Assembly (NCBI GenBank): GCA_951406725.2
Contig: OX597814.1
Span: 26,660,001-26,724,000 of the forward strand
Origin: Octopus vulgaris
Lineage: Eukaryota
Direction: 5' to 3'
Length of the DNA: 64,000 bases
The notes under the pieces: model-generated
Told to the model about the DNA's origin: nothing
Databases searched by the model: none
The model's input: only the letters and a program-made list of their open reading frames with translations
Shown: piece by piece, positions 1 through 13,850 of the stretch
Layout of the letters: each line of letters begins with the position of its first letter
Numbering within the stretch: position 1 is the stretch's first letter
Position numbers and translations under genes: made by a program

Positions 1-80
1 AAAGGACATTTTATGCTCTTCTTTTATTTTTAGTAGTATTTCAACAGTATTCTTCAAACAAATATGACCAAATATACGAG

Positions 81-235
81 GTGAATTCTCAGATGTAAAC
101 TAGTTTTAAACTTATTCTATGAAGACTAAATAAATATAAAAGAAACTTTAAACAAAGTGTGAATTATCAGATGTTAACAGGTTTGAGTTTGTCCCATGAA
201 GACTAAATAAAAATAAATAAAACCTTAAACAAGAA
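81..235. repeat. Degenerate tandem duplication, about 78-bp unit x2
   Basis: gtgaatt..tcagatgt..atgaagactaaataaa..ttaaacaa occurs at 81 and again at 159. Confidence 0.7.
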
Positions 236-349
236 TATTAAGACAAAGTAAATATAAACAAAATCTTTAAATAAAGGCAAACTAATGCCATGTTTAACAG
301 ATATTGATTATATTAATTGCTTTTACTAGCAACACAGAGCATTATAAGA

Positions 350-530
350 AGAAAAGAGAATAGTATTGATTAGTTCAACTTCAGCATATATTGGCACTTA
401 TTTTTATTAACACCAATGGGAGGATTGGAAAATTTGACTCCCAACGGGATTTGAACGCAGTAACTGAGTCAACATACTAGATACTAATAACATATACAAA
501 GGCCTACTCTCAACCATCTGTGCCAATTCC
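350..530 (-). mobile_element. Decayed tRNA-derived SINE (family of 37127-37340)
   Basis: cttattttt..ggatttgaac..ctgtgccaattc aligns by eye to the reverse complement of the 37127 copy. Confidence 0.55.
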
Positions 531-554
531 ATTGGTCTCCTATTAATCATAACA

Positions 555-1010
555 GTGAAGAAACTGTTTACAAGTTATCAGTCAGTACATTCCCTTCCTA
601 ACTGTTGTAAACCTGAACTATTGATTCAATAACATGTTTCCCAATGCCAAAGTATGTATCTGTTGCATTTCCCAGTGCACCATCACAGGAATCTAATTCA
701 ATAAACATCCCAAAGTTATTAATGTTGCCGCCTACTAACTCAATTAGTTTCTGAAATGAAAGAACTTACTTTTGTACAAAATTCTTCTGTATACTTGTTT
801 GACCTGTCAATGAGAATATTAAAACGATCTTCTCCTTTACTCCCAATCATGCAACTTGCTGCTTCTATGATACTTCTGATAATGGCAAAGACATAGCTTT
901 CTGTTCTTTAGTTCAATTACGCTTAATGAAGAAAAGTAAACTCATGCAGAGAAATCATTTTCTACTTAATAAGATATGTTTTTTGTGTCAAACTTCTCAT
1001 TGCTGAACCA
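555..1010 (-). pseudogene. Highly decayed piggyBac-like transposase remnant
   Basis: Minus-strand peptides in piggyBac order, with stops and frameshifts: ISLHEF, DRFNIL, FISET, FGIGKHVIESIVQVYNS*EGNVLTDNL*T (compare LGEHVV..GRNVTTDNFFTS). Confidence 0.4.
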
Positions 1011-2399
1011 CATCATTGCTTAAGTAAACATTGGCAAACTTCTCTTCACATCTGATAAGCTGCCATGGTAGTCAACCTCCTCCACCTCTGAGTTTTCTTC
1101 CTCTTTGTTTGTTTCTGTCTCTCTTTTTTCCTCTATGTACTTATCTTTCTGCCAGCTTAATCTTATCAGAAGTTTTCTGGATATTTTATATAGTACAAAG
1201 CTTCTACAGAACAAGTAATTAATCGTATTTTCTTTTGTAGTCAAGTATGGACCTTTATAGTTATCTAAAACAAGTTGTGCATATTTCATTTTTGCATTGC
1301 ATTTTGAATTATATTTTATGAAAACATTGATTCAAAAACTTTAAACGATATCAGATATAATCCTTAATGCTAAACAATTTTTTTTTTTTGGTTCTGAAAT
1401 GATTTCTCTTGTAGTTCCAAGACTTAATGTGTTATATTGTCAGTGTTATACAACCCATCTTGTAGGCAAAGTTGTAGGTTTTTGTCTTCATATATTGAGT
1501 GAGATAAGAGTAAGGATACACATTTATCAACTTCACTAGTCAGTTGGAAGAATTAAGCTCTGCAATGCAATTATGCAATCCACCTGATAAAAACAATCTC
1601 TTCTATAAAATTTTTGTTAATATAACGTTCACTGGTGATATGGTTAATAGGAAGTCTTTCTTTGTATATTTTCTTCTATAGTATTTAGTTTATTGATACA
1701 GTTATGTTCAAACATTACTCAGGGCCAACATTATCATTCTTCCTACAGGTGAATTAGCTTCAATAGAAAAATACTGAATATATTGCAAATTTTAAAAAGT
1801 AGAATAAGAGTAATACTAAATCATGAAATGCCTAACAACATTTAGAGTGTTATTCTGGATTTTGAGTTCAAACCCTACCAAGTGACAACTTTATCTTTTG
1901 TTATACTGTGTCCAATAAAATAATGCCAGAGATGCTACTAGATGTATATTCAACTGACAAAAGTTGTCCCTCCATAAAAATATATAACCTTCCCAGTATA
2001 AGGAATCATAATCATGACTACAAATTTTACATATATTTGTTTGAATTGTCATAGTTTACTAAGTTAATCAACATACAGAATAAGAGTTAACATTTTCAGA
2101 TCATATTTAAAACATTTTCAGATTTAGTTTTCATTTTGTTTTAAATGAAATATGCATTGGTTATTTCACATCAGATTCATCACTGATAATTGTTTGTGTC
2201 TTTTACATTCATCATTACACACCTTCACACCCCATCTTACCACACACATCTTACTTGTACACTAAATATTATACTCTCATGTCAGTTATCTCTCCTCTTA
2301 AAAATTCTTCTACAGCAAATTTGATCAACATTTTAAAAATCAACATGGAATCATAATGTATGATATACCATAAATTAATTATGATAATTGAGCCAATAA

Positions 2400-2810
2400 T
2401 TTATTATACATCCTAGATACATCAAAAAGAAATCCATTCTATAGATCAACAATTATTCAGTCACCAACACCCTCCACAGATACAATGTTTTCACTCTTTG
2501 CCTCTTCTATTAATATTATAATAGCCTCTATTTTTCTAAATTAGCTAGTTACATACCATTTCCACTCAAACCAATTTGACACACCCATGTCTCCTTTTCT
2601 CATTATCCACACCATGTCACACACCCCAGATCCAACCCTAAATCACTTCACTCAGACCTACAAACCCCTGAAATTTTCTCACCACCCACACTTTTCCTGC
2701 AACTATTGACCTACAAATGTTCAAGTTGAACATCAACCGTATCAATCTTGGGCCTGCAAAGGTCAGAGGGACTGTCCCTCTTCCTCTGCCTAACTCATTA
2801 CAATAAACCG
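2400..2810 (+). mobile_element. 3' end of an old LINE (CR1/Jockey-superclade ORF2 C-terminus)
   Basis: Fragments LHRYNVFTLCLFY*YYN and HTFPATIDLQMFKLNINRI match typical LINE ORF2 C-termini; followed by aataaa. Confidence 0.55.
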
Positions 2811-3516
2811 CCAAGTTATTTTCTCATTTAGAAATATATTGTTTCATGTTATTAATGTTTCAAAGTCTGTTCATGTGTTAGCATGATAATTCTAACAATT
2901 CTGTGGTCTTTGCCCATCATTATTATATGTCCACTATAATGAGTAAAAGTGATGTTTGCAGATTTATATTCATTTGACTACATCCCTCACTTTCACAAAA
3001 TTTATGGCTCTCTTAGTATCAGAAATTCTAATTAGTATTAACTTGATATTATCAATGATATTCTCTGGATGACAATGAAGTAGTTAGTCCCATAGCTGAA
3101 TAATAATGAACTAGATTAATTAAAATAATTATTTTGCCAATTATTCAAATATTAAAGAGTTTATAAGACACATAAATATCTACAATGATTCTTTGTTATT
3201 CCTTAGGTCATAATTTTCAGGATTGATAGCTTAATCTTTAGAATATATTCTTTTGCTGGCTTCATTCATTGAACTGCAACCATGCTATGGAACTGCCTTC
3301 AATGGTTTCAGTCAATCATATCTACCAATAATAATACTTATTTTAGTCTAATACTTCTTTTATGGGTTTCTTTATATTGTCACTATATTCTTATGTATTT
3401 GAATTTCCATCATCATATCACATGGTTTTTAATGAACACGCATATATTTGTTGACATGTATTGATCATTTTTCTATACACACACACACACACACACATAT
3501 ACATTATATATATAAT

Positions 3517-3553
<37 letters not shown>

Positions 3554-3602
3554 ACTGAATAATTACAAAACAAGAATGTGCATGGCATTACATTAAACAA
3601 TA

Positions 3603-3795
3603 TGTTTGAAAACTATATAGAAGCACAGCAAACAGAAAACACACACATAGAACGTTGCTAAATCCTTGTCACTTATCATCCAAAGGATCATAACAATTTC
3701 ATGCCTTTGATTTTTTGGATGACAACTGATGAGGATTTAGTAACATTCTATGAGTGTATTTTCCATTAGTTGTGCTTCTATATAATTTTTGAACA
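3603..3795. repeat. Fold-back (MITE-like) palindrome, about 88-bp arms, 17-bp loop
   Basis: 3603-3690 is the reverse complement of 3708-3795 with scattered, largely CpG-type mismatches. Confidence 0.85.
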
Positions 3796-4104
3796 CACAC
3801 ACACACACATATATATACATATATATATATGTGTGTGAATAATGCATTCAAACTAGGAACCATTATGTAAACTAAGGAAAATAATATACAAATATCATAG
3901 TGGATAAACAAATTACTCTTCTTGGTTTAAAATACATTCCTAGTTTGAATTGAATCTAAAACCATTTAGTTATCATAAAAAAAAGACACATTATGATGAC
4001 TGAAGATCGAAAGATTGTGTACACATAAATATTGAAAATAAACATTCTAAAGATGGGGCTAACAAATGAGAGAAAATCACAATCTTAACACTAAATATTT
4101 TGTT

Positions 4105-4214
4105 ATTACATTCCTTTTTGTTGGTTTTATTTTTCAAATTTCTAATTCTGTGCTTTTATCTTTTGTATTTTTCAGGTGAGTAAAAAAATTTGTCAAAAAC
4201 TACATTTGGTAAGG
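4105..4214 (+). promoter_or_regulatory. 3' splice site directly abutting a 5' splice site (candidate recursive splice site)
   Basis: Long U-rich tract, branch-like ttctaat at about 4140-4146, tttttCAG|GTGAGT at 4175/4176, and a second donor TTG|GTAAGG at 4208/4209. Confidence 0.5.
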
Positions 4215-4701
4215 TGATAATCAACTTAACTGCAAGTAACACTTCTTTATTTATCTCAGTACTATTGAACATATGTAAGCAATGGAGTGGCAGCATAGAT
4301 GAAACACTGGATTAAATACCTTACAGCATATACTTTCATCCCTCTATGTTCAACTACCCACCACCCTAAAAAATGTGAATGAGATTTGAGAATGTAAAAA
4401 ATAATTTCATATACGAAGGTTAATTCAATCTGCAACAAATCTGTTACTTTGTAGTATTTTATAATAATGTTTACTTTTATTGCCATAAAAAGTGGTGTAG
4501 CTGAATGGATGTAATAGTACAAGAATGAAGTATTATAGTATGTCATCTTGATATTCATGATTCTCAAGTTAAATAGTGTCTCTCTCTTTCTCCCTCTCAC
4601 ATATATACACACCTAACAAAACTGGAGAGGCAAAACAAAATATTTACATATTACATATATAAACACACACATATACTTTCAAATATGTTTTTATAATATG
4701 A

Positions 4702-4741
<40 letters not shown>

Positions 4742-4829
4742 ACATATGTAATATAAATACATATATGCCACCATCTTTCTTGCTTTCTCTCTTTATTTTT
4801 CTTTCTCTATCTCCCTTTCTTTCTTTCTC

Positions 4830-5185
4830 TGAGTAGCCATGTATTTCATCTGTTGCAAGACACCTGATTCTATCCCTCTATCATAGTTTAACCTCTCATC
4901 ATCTGCCACAAAGCCATCTCACTCAATTCCACTTCCCATCTCAGTTGAGGGATTTTATCTTGCAAGTTAACTTGGTGGCCTCACTTGTGCTGGTGCCACA
5001 TAAAAAGCACCCAGTATGCTCTGTAAAGTGATTAGCATTAGAAAGGGCATCCAGCCATAGAAATCATGACAAAGCAGACAGTTAATCTTGACACAATTCT
5101 TGGGTTTGCCATCCTCTGTCAAACCATTCAAGCCATACCAGCATGGAAGACAGATTTTGAATGATGATGATGACGACGATGACGC
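4830..5185 (+). mobile_element. RTE-type 3' tail (LINE end or RTE-tailed SINE)
   Basis: ggtgccacataaaaagcaccc, gcattagaaagggcatccagcc, ccagcatggaa then a (GAT)n tail; same tail as the RTE at 18.4-19.5 kb. Confidence 0.75.
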
Positions 5186-5869
5186 TGATAAATGGAGATC
5201 CAGCCCTTATGGGGATTATTATTTCAGTATATATTACTTGCATTTAATTGTACAAATATAGTGGCATGTTTTCAACAGATGAAGAACTAAATTATTTCTT
5301 TTCATTCAGTGTTGTCGTACAGACTGCATGTATTCTTCTATTTTTTCTCTTGTCAAAGACAATATTTCTCCAGCATTCAATACTTTACCTCGTCTGGTCT
5401 ATCAACCCTCCATGTTTGTTTTCATTCAGTTTCCTTGTATGTCTCCACTGTCCTGTTTTTGTTACTTCCACAAATCCCAAATTTTATTCACAAGAGCAAC
5501 TGCCTTCAAAGTCTTATATTGTCATGCAATGCTTGAAATAAGGAGTAGAAGGACAGCTGACAACTGATGAAGGGTCGATTTTTATGTTACTTGTCTTATT
5601 TTCCTTTTGTTTCTCTCATGGCTTGCATACCCAACTTTATTTTCGTATTTCATGTTGTTTACATTTTCTGACATCCTGTACCCATATATGCATATCTATA
5701 TACATATATAATAAGTATGAATGTACATATATGTATGTATATATGCATATACATATATATATATTATTTATATTATTATTATATACATATATATGTATAT
5801 ATATATATATGTGTGTGTGTATACACATACACAGTTCATACATATATGCCGAAACAAAACTAATGTAAA

Positions 5870-6200
5870 GAAATCTGTCAGGTTTGCTGTTAGGAATTCC
5901 AGTGGTTACTACACGTTGAATAAATCATAAATGGCTGCATATTCCACAGACACATATTACTTTAATGTAATTGTCAAGTAGAATCAGTATGACACATGGT
6001 GTGGCACAAATGGATTTTCACATAACAGGCACATCGCAAGTCATGAACTTCCATACAGTTTGTGCCTACTTGATTCCACTCATAAGATTTGAATTGCCCT
6101 AAAGCATTGGTAGAATTCCCTTACCCAAGATGCTATGCAGTGAAATTGAACTCACAATATCATGACTGCAGAGTTGAATTTTTTAATCACTGGGCTAAGC
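5870..6200 (-). mobile_element. Decayed tRNA-derived SINE (family of 32835-33220)
   Basis: ttccacagacacat..tttaatgtaatt..tgacaca and a reverse-complement tRNA-like head ending aatcactgggc. Confidence 0.55.
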
Positions 6201-9200
6201 CAGCATCTATATATGTATATATGTGTACATGTGTGTGTGCGTGCACAAGCATACATGCATGTAAGTATGTGTATGTATGGATGGGTGTACATACACATAT
6301 ACAACTAAATATATATGCATACATGTGATACAATTATGTATGTAAGCATATGTGCATGCATATATATTTGTATTAAATCATCATTTTATAATCATTTTAT
6401 ATATATATATATATATACACGTGTCATAATTTTTCGTCTGCTTTCTATGCATAAATGTGCGTAAGCGCAATAAACAGATTTAGACACACTTATACACACA
6501 AACATTAATGTAATATATAAATTCTCTGCCATCAGCAAAAATTTCTAAACCCTTTTTATATCTAAGTAATTTCTAAGATTTTTTTTTCCTCCTTTTTTCA
6601 TTCCCACAGTATTTTTGCTGAAAAATTTCTTAAAACATCTTCATTGTTTCTTTGTCATTCATTTACACACACACATATTCCATATATATATATAATATGC
6701 ATGTGTATATATATGTATTTATATATGTATCTATATATGAGTGTGTGTATGTGTGTGTGTATGTGTATGTATACATATAAATATATATATATATTATGTA
6801 TATACATTTGTGTGTGTATATATATATATTTATATATATACACACATACATATGCAAGCATACATGTGTGTATGTATATGTATATATGTACACACACACA
6901 CACATATATATTATATATATTTTCACACATATATGTATGTATACATACCTGCACATATGTGTGTGTGTATGCATACATACAAACACATTCAAATATACAT
7001 GTAGATAAACAGAAACCATAAATGAAGGAAGAAAGAAACAAAGTCTTGATTTATTACTATTTTTATAATTTAGCCACTAGGGATCTAAACGCCACTGTTT
7101 TCTTCATAACTGATCAATATATGGAACTCAACATGGAGATTAGACAATTTCTTTATATCTCTTCTACAGTTACAATATTATTTTCTTTTGCTTGATTTGT
7201 TGTTATTTTTAATATTATTTTGTATATTTCCTGCCTTGTAGTTTTCTTTTTTTACTTTTAACAACTAATATCATGTTATTTCTATATTCAAGTCTTTTTT
7301 GCACACCCCTTCCCCCCACTTCACGATTTAAAAAAAAAGAAAAGAATAACATTAGGTATTAAAAAAAATGAAATTCCCTAATGTTTTCAATAGTTTTATT
7401 ATTCATTTATTTAGTTTATGTATTTGATAATTTATTTATTTTTGCCTCTTACATTGTGTTTTCAAAATGTTGATTATCATCATTGTTATTATGATGACTG
7501 TTATTAACGTTAACATTATTATCATTATTATCATTGTCTTCCCCATTTTTAGAAACAACTCATTATTATTATTATTATTATGCAGTGGTGATGGTGGTGG
7601 TGGTGGTGGTGGTGGTAAAAGCAGCAGTAATAGCTACTTTTTTATTATTATTATTAATATCATCATCATCTGCAATTTCTTTGAGGCTCTGATAGTGGTT
7701 TTGCAGAGTCCATCAAAATCATAGCAGCAAATAGTGATGGGAATGGCAAATGGGATTTGACTGGTGGAAAAGGGCTTATGCATTTCTAACCTTGTATCAT
7801 CATCATAACCACTATCATTATTGTTATGATTATCATCATGACCAACATCTTTGCTCTGTTATCATCATCATCTTCATCATCACAAAAATACTTTTCAATG
7901 CCTGTGTTTATATTTTTTGTTCATGGTAGTGTGAGATGAATCCATTCATTCATTTAATAAAGTGGGCTGGCTTATTGAAAGGACACAGAGCATGATATAC
8001 AGATGACTTAGAGACTAAACACTCAGGATGTGGTGAGGGAATAATAATTTTTTTTTTCCTGTTTTTGTTTTCAAGGTCCAGTTAAGTTAGTAATTATAGT
8101 AACAAAGTGTGGTGACAGCGGGTAGAGAATGAAAGAGTGAGTGAGTGAGGGAGAGAGAGAGATGGAGAGCAAGAGAACTGCAATTTGTGTCAGTCACAAA
8201 ACAGTGGTTACATGTCGTACAAACTGTTTGTTTGCAGCATTCATTACGAATAATGGGTTATATTTTTCAAATGTACTGTAGTAACAATCTTTTAAGGTTT
8301 AGCTTTTCATAAATTAATGGAAATGTGCAATGGCTAGCACCAGTAGGGAGTTATGGCAAGAATGGTTGTGTGTTGTGAAAACAAAAGAAAAAATATGGAA
8401 AGAATGCTATATAGTAAGAATAAATGTATACCATCATAACTCTTGTCTAGATTAATTCAGTATTATTACTGTTGTTTAGTATTCAAATATGACTTATATT
8501 TGTACTTTGTTGAGGGTCAGCTGCCTATCAGAATGTAAAACTTTCCTAGTTCTAAAATTGAGAAGTAACTCAACATCTGAGATACATGTGTAGAAACAGA
8601 AGAAAGGAAATTATTCAATAAGAAAGGTATGCAGTGAATGATGTAGAAGCTGTTATAAAAATGGTGTTATGGTAGAGAAAAATGGAAATCTGTTGTGGTG
8701 AAAATATAAGAGTGTTGTGAAAATAAATATAGTAAAATGTTAGTAAAATTGATTGCATGTCATAGCAGAAACTGTTGTTTCATATAAAAATGGAATGGTG
8801 TTTGTTATGGAGAAAATGGTTTGGTTGTATTAACAATAGTTATAGCTTTGATAATAGTTAAGAAATAAGAGGCTGCAGATGAAGAACTAACATCACTGGA
8901 ATGAAGTATTACAGTAAAAAGGAAGAGAGGCTTCTTTCTTAACTGGAGAATGTAGCTGCAAAAACAAGAGAAAGTATATTGAAGCAGAAGGATAAGCTTT
9001 GTTTTCATACACTGTAAATTATCCAAATTGAAGTATAGGACACCACTGGTGTATAGTAAGTTAAAAAGATAGAAAGGTTTTAAGAAAACAAAAGAAGAGA
9101 GAGAAGTATATTGAAACAAAGTCAAAATTGCTACTTTCTTTGCATTTCAAATATAAATAAATCACTGCAATCAGTTTCTGAAAAAGAAGTGAATTGCATA

Positions 9201-11199
9201 ATTCAACTACATCAAGAAAGAAATAAACTTTGTTGTTCTGACTTTAAACCTCAAGAACAAGAATAATATTAAAAAAATAAAGGAAAGAGATTCAAGAATA
9301 ATATTGTAATGTACTTTAGAGGTGGTGCAACAGTGCAAATTTTCTATATTTAAGATAAAAGATACAAAAATAAATGTTGTGAAGTATATAATCCTTAGAT
9401 TACTCTAAAATCTATACCAGTATTCTGAAAAAAATTTGTAAAAATTTGTAAAAATACACATTGAAAAAGAAAGACTGGAGGATAAAATGTAAAAGTATGT
9501 GAAGTTACAGATTTTGACATGAAGTACAAGATAATAGCATGGAACTAGAAGGATAGTTATTTAATAAAGCAATCAAAATTTAGATCTGTCAAACCACCAT
9601 GGAACAATGTAAATAATAAAGTGAGCTACAATCATTTTAATGGTATTTGTGGAGGAGAGTGAATTAATTTTCTATAACAATACTTGAGAAACTTAGTTCT
9701 GTATTTAATATGGTTCACTTTACACTGCTTTTCAGAACAAAACATTGTTCTATTCAGAATAGAAATATATAGATTTGATTGAGTGATTTAGCAATTGCTG
9801 TAATATAGAGAGATTTGGCTGAATGGTTTTGCAATCCACATTGTTTAAACATGAAATGAGTGTAGAGGGAAAGCATTGAAAGAATGGTTTTCCACAGTTT
9901 TAAGACAAAACATAAAATGTTTAATTGACTTGATCTGGTATTATTTGCGTAGCTATTGCATGAATGTAATCTCTTTGAAGTCCAGAGTTAACATAGACAT
10001 ATGAAATATTACATGGAACAAGAAGGTTTGGCACAAGTGATAAATAAATATGCCCTGTAACTCTTAATGGGTCACTGGACCACTACTAAAGGCTTTGTTA
10101 ACATGGTGCCTGTCAAGGTAGTCAACCTGGCTAGTATAGCCAATTATTCTTCAAGCTGTTGAATTTACAGCCTGAAATAAGCGAAATGAAATGTGTTAGT
10201 TCGGAGTCAAGCATATATTTCTGGCTCAATTTAGTAGGAACTTATCTCACTCTACAGCCATTGTTATTATTGATGCTTAGCTGCATGTCAGTCCTATTTG
10301 AGCAGACTATTGATCAAAAGCATTCAAACCTTGGGTATTTCAATTTTTACATAGACATTATGTATTAGGACTACACTATTCAATATGCTCTTTCGCATTT
10401 TAAGACAGTAGGACTGAATAAGATTTGGCTGCTATTTCTAGAAGGTCAAGCAATCATGTAGGGGTTATCCTTATTGGCCTATCCTGCAGTTGGTATTTTG
10501 CCCCCAAATCAACCCTGACTTATAGTTAAAGGCATTCCAGTCATGACCATCATGTATTTTTCAGACCATATTTATCCAATGTGTTCATTTTTTGTATTTA
10601 ATAGATTTAACTGCTGTTGCTATTTGGGCAAATAATTACATAAAGCAATGTTTTCCACCCTATTTTATCTATGCCCCACTTCAGTTTCATATAAACAGTG
10701 AGTGTCTTACCATGAACAGACAAAGTATATACAGAAATACATTCAAAAGAAGTTATAGTTTAAAACTTTATTGCAAATTTTATTCATTTGTTAGTTACTC
10801 ACATCCCATTCTGAAGTCCCATGCACCACATTGAAAACCAATGACATAGAAAGTCTCTTGTTGGCTCAGACAACAGTGTTGTACTTAGCACAAGTAAAAG
10901 GGTCCAAATAACCTAGATAAAATAAGTTCTGTGTTAATTTTCAATTCACAACCTCAATGAGTTTAATATGTTTCTTTGATAAACATGGTTTTTATAACAA
11001 AGTATTGAAATACAAAGGAATTGAATGGACTTAGACAGTAATTCTGTTTGTTCTTTTGATTTTATATGTGTAAGATAGAAATATTTCCCAAAGCTACACT
11101 ATGTTATAAAGATTATAGATTTATTTGTCATCTTTAACTTTTATCAATTTCTCTCTAATGCATTTCTTTTACTGTTTACACACACATACACACACACAC

Positions 11200-11264
<65 letters not shown>

Positions 11265-12204
11265 ACACATGCACATACATATACAGTATTCTTTATCCAA
11301 AATCAGTCTCCTAAATATGTGGCAGCATTGAAATTGGCTCTCTATCAGTCTAGACATCATTTATTTGGCAAGTTAAAAGCTCTCCGTAATTTAAACAGTG
11401 TAATTCATTAATCATGATTAATAGAAATGTAAAACAATTCCATCCAGTTATTTCACTAAAGTCTAGATCTGCTTCCTTCAGTTCATGCTGGCAGTTGAGT
11501 TAATTGCTGTAGCATTAGCAAAGAGCTTTCACTTGTGATGCACTATATGGAGAACTAGTGGATTGTCTCTGATTCTAGTTAAGTAGATGTGTTATTGGTC
11601 AAGTACTCCACACTCTCTTTAATCCATTCTGATTTTACTGTTTGTTTTGAATGTTTCAATTTGACATAGTTTTGAGTACATATTTTTCTTTAATTCCTAT
11701 TGACTGTCAATCAGTGGACTTAAAATGAACATCTTTGATTATAATTTATGTGTATATGTCAAACAAGAAAGCTACTTTATAAGCATGCAGGTACAATGCC
11801 AGCTTTAACATTTTAGTTCTGTTCATACAATATTATCATATATGTACAAATGGGTCTACGTGATAGCACTATATGGATCAATGTGAGTGAGAGAAAATAT
11901 CTCAGGAAAGTATTCAGCAAAGTGAATGCTAATGCAATAGGGCCTTGCCAATGTATTATAGTGAACTGAGAAATCTTTGATTGACTGAGGTTATCTATGC
12001 AGTTAGTAGGCAAAACTCCCACAAGGAATATTTAAAATCTAAAAACTACAAGTGAGGGGAATAATTCCCCTAAAATTACTTGAAAGACATTTTTGAAAAT
12101 ATAGAAAATGTCTTTACACTTACTAGTGAAAGCAGTGGACATGTTTCTATCCTATTAGACCTCCTCAGTCATGCATATTCTACTCAGTTGGCAAGTCAAA
12201 GAAT

Positions 12205-12251
<47 letters not shown>

Positions 12252-12482
12252 GTAGCAGTTGATCTGATCAAACCAAATAAACTATATTGTCTGGGTTTCT
12301 TTTTATATTGCTGATACTATCTGTGAGTTAAAACACGCAACAGAAGTATTATTGTTTCTTGATGGCAAGACATAAAATTTCAAACTCTAATAAGTTTGCT
12401 ACTTTGCCTTACACACACACACATATATTTAGAAGGCAAATTAATAGATTCATTAAATTGTTAAATTGTATATATATATATA

Positions 12483-13114
12483 TGGTCTGATCGATAAGTA
12501 TCAGGATTGTTGGCATAGTAACGAAGCTAAAGTACACAGAGTAAAGCCACTTGGCACAACAGATTAACCTTAAACTCTGCTATGCATGTGCACTAAGTTT
12601 TAACATTCTAACTCACTTCTGCTGCTTACAACAGTACTTGAGAGGAAGGTGTGTAGCGTGTGATCATCGCATTGACCATGGCAGTGAAAGTTGAGCAGAG
12701 AATCTGCATTAAATTTTGCCAAAAGCTTGGCAATACCTGTTCAGAGGCTTATGCAAAGTTTTCAAAAAGTTTTCATTGTTCTTGGCACAATCAAGGAGAT
12801 CTTGTGCAACCAAAACCGGAGTGTTTTTATTTGGTCAACTGAATACAGTTTGGTCACAAACTTGGCAGACAGACATCTGATACTCATATCTTCAGTGATA
12901 ATGGACAGAACTGAACATCTGCACATTCTCTGATAACTCATGGATGGTGATTCGACGATTTTCCCTCACAGCTGCATGCACATCTGCGATGTTTTTCTCA
13001 GTTCTACTGGTTCCAGGTCTTCCAGAACGTTTGTCGATATCAACAATTTTCAGCCATCTTGGAAACGTCTGAACCACTCGTACACTTGTGTGTGGCTCAT
13101 ATATCCCTCTCCAT
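12483..13114. mobile_element. Rearranged (fold-back) mariner-type DNA transposon fragment
   Basis: TA followed by tggtctgatcgataagtatc terminus; + strand MAVKVEQRICIKFCQKLGNTCSEAYAK from 12678; - strand continuation GEGYMSHTQVYEWFRRFQDG..RSGRPGTSRT..RENRRITIHELS..AQDLLDCAKNNENFLK. Confidence 0.85.
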
Positions 13115-13403
13115 GTTAACGAAAGCCAGGTACAGAGGTTTATCTTTGTCTAGGTATTTCTCTTACAGCTGTCTTACCAGAAATATAGCATCAGTGGTGC
13201 TTTTCCCTGGCACCAAGCTGCATCTCATCTAGACTGAATCTTTCCCTAATTAGCTGGGCTATGACTCTCTCCATGACTTACATTACTTGATCCAACAACT
13301 TGTTACCCCTATGATTATTCGTATCTAATGCATCACCTTTGCCTTTGTGGCAGCTGACTATGGTGCTTCTACACCAGTCATTGGGTATGACTCCTTCATA
13401 TAC
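13108..13403 (-). mobile_element. RTE LINE reverse-transcriptase fragment
   Basis: YEGVIPNDWCRSTIVSCHKGKGDALDTNNHRG..STTDAIFLVRQL*EKYL..KPLYLAFVNME, the N-terminal RT region of RTE clade. Confidence 0.9.
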
Positions 13404-13526
13404 AATATATATATATATATATATCACATATATCATTATATATATATATATATCATATGAGATATCATATATAATATATATATAAGTATATATATTGTTT
13501 GTAAAAAACATAAACCGGTCTTCACC

Positions 13527-13576
<50 letters not shown>

Positions 13577-13730
13577 TATATTATACACACACACACACAC
13601 ACACATCTACACACAAAAGAATTAGTGAAAAACATGGAGTAAACAACTATCAAAAATCCACTCCTGTTGTTGTTATATTTAACTTCTCTTTATCCATTGA
13701 GTACCATCTCTTTACATTTATATTAAGATT

Positions 13731-13779
<49 letters not shown>

Positions 13780-13800
13780 TGTTTGTGTGTGTGTATATAT

Positions 13801-13850
<50 letters not shown>

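Noticed and set aside
1730-1756. Second AG|GT juxtaposition (cctacag|gtgaat)
   Set aside because: Short pyrimidine tract and weak donor; expected by chance in AT-rich DNA.
5558-5600. gacaaCTGATGAaggg hammerhead 5' half
   Set aside because: No matching stem II or GAAA nearby.
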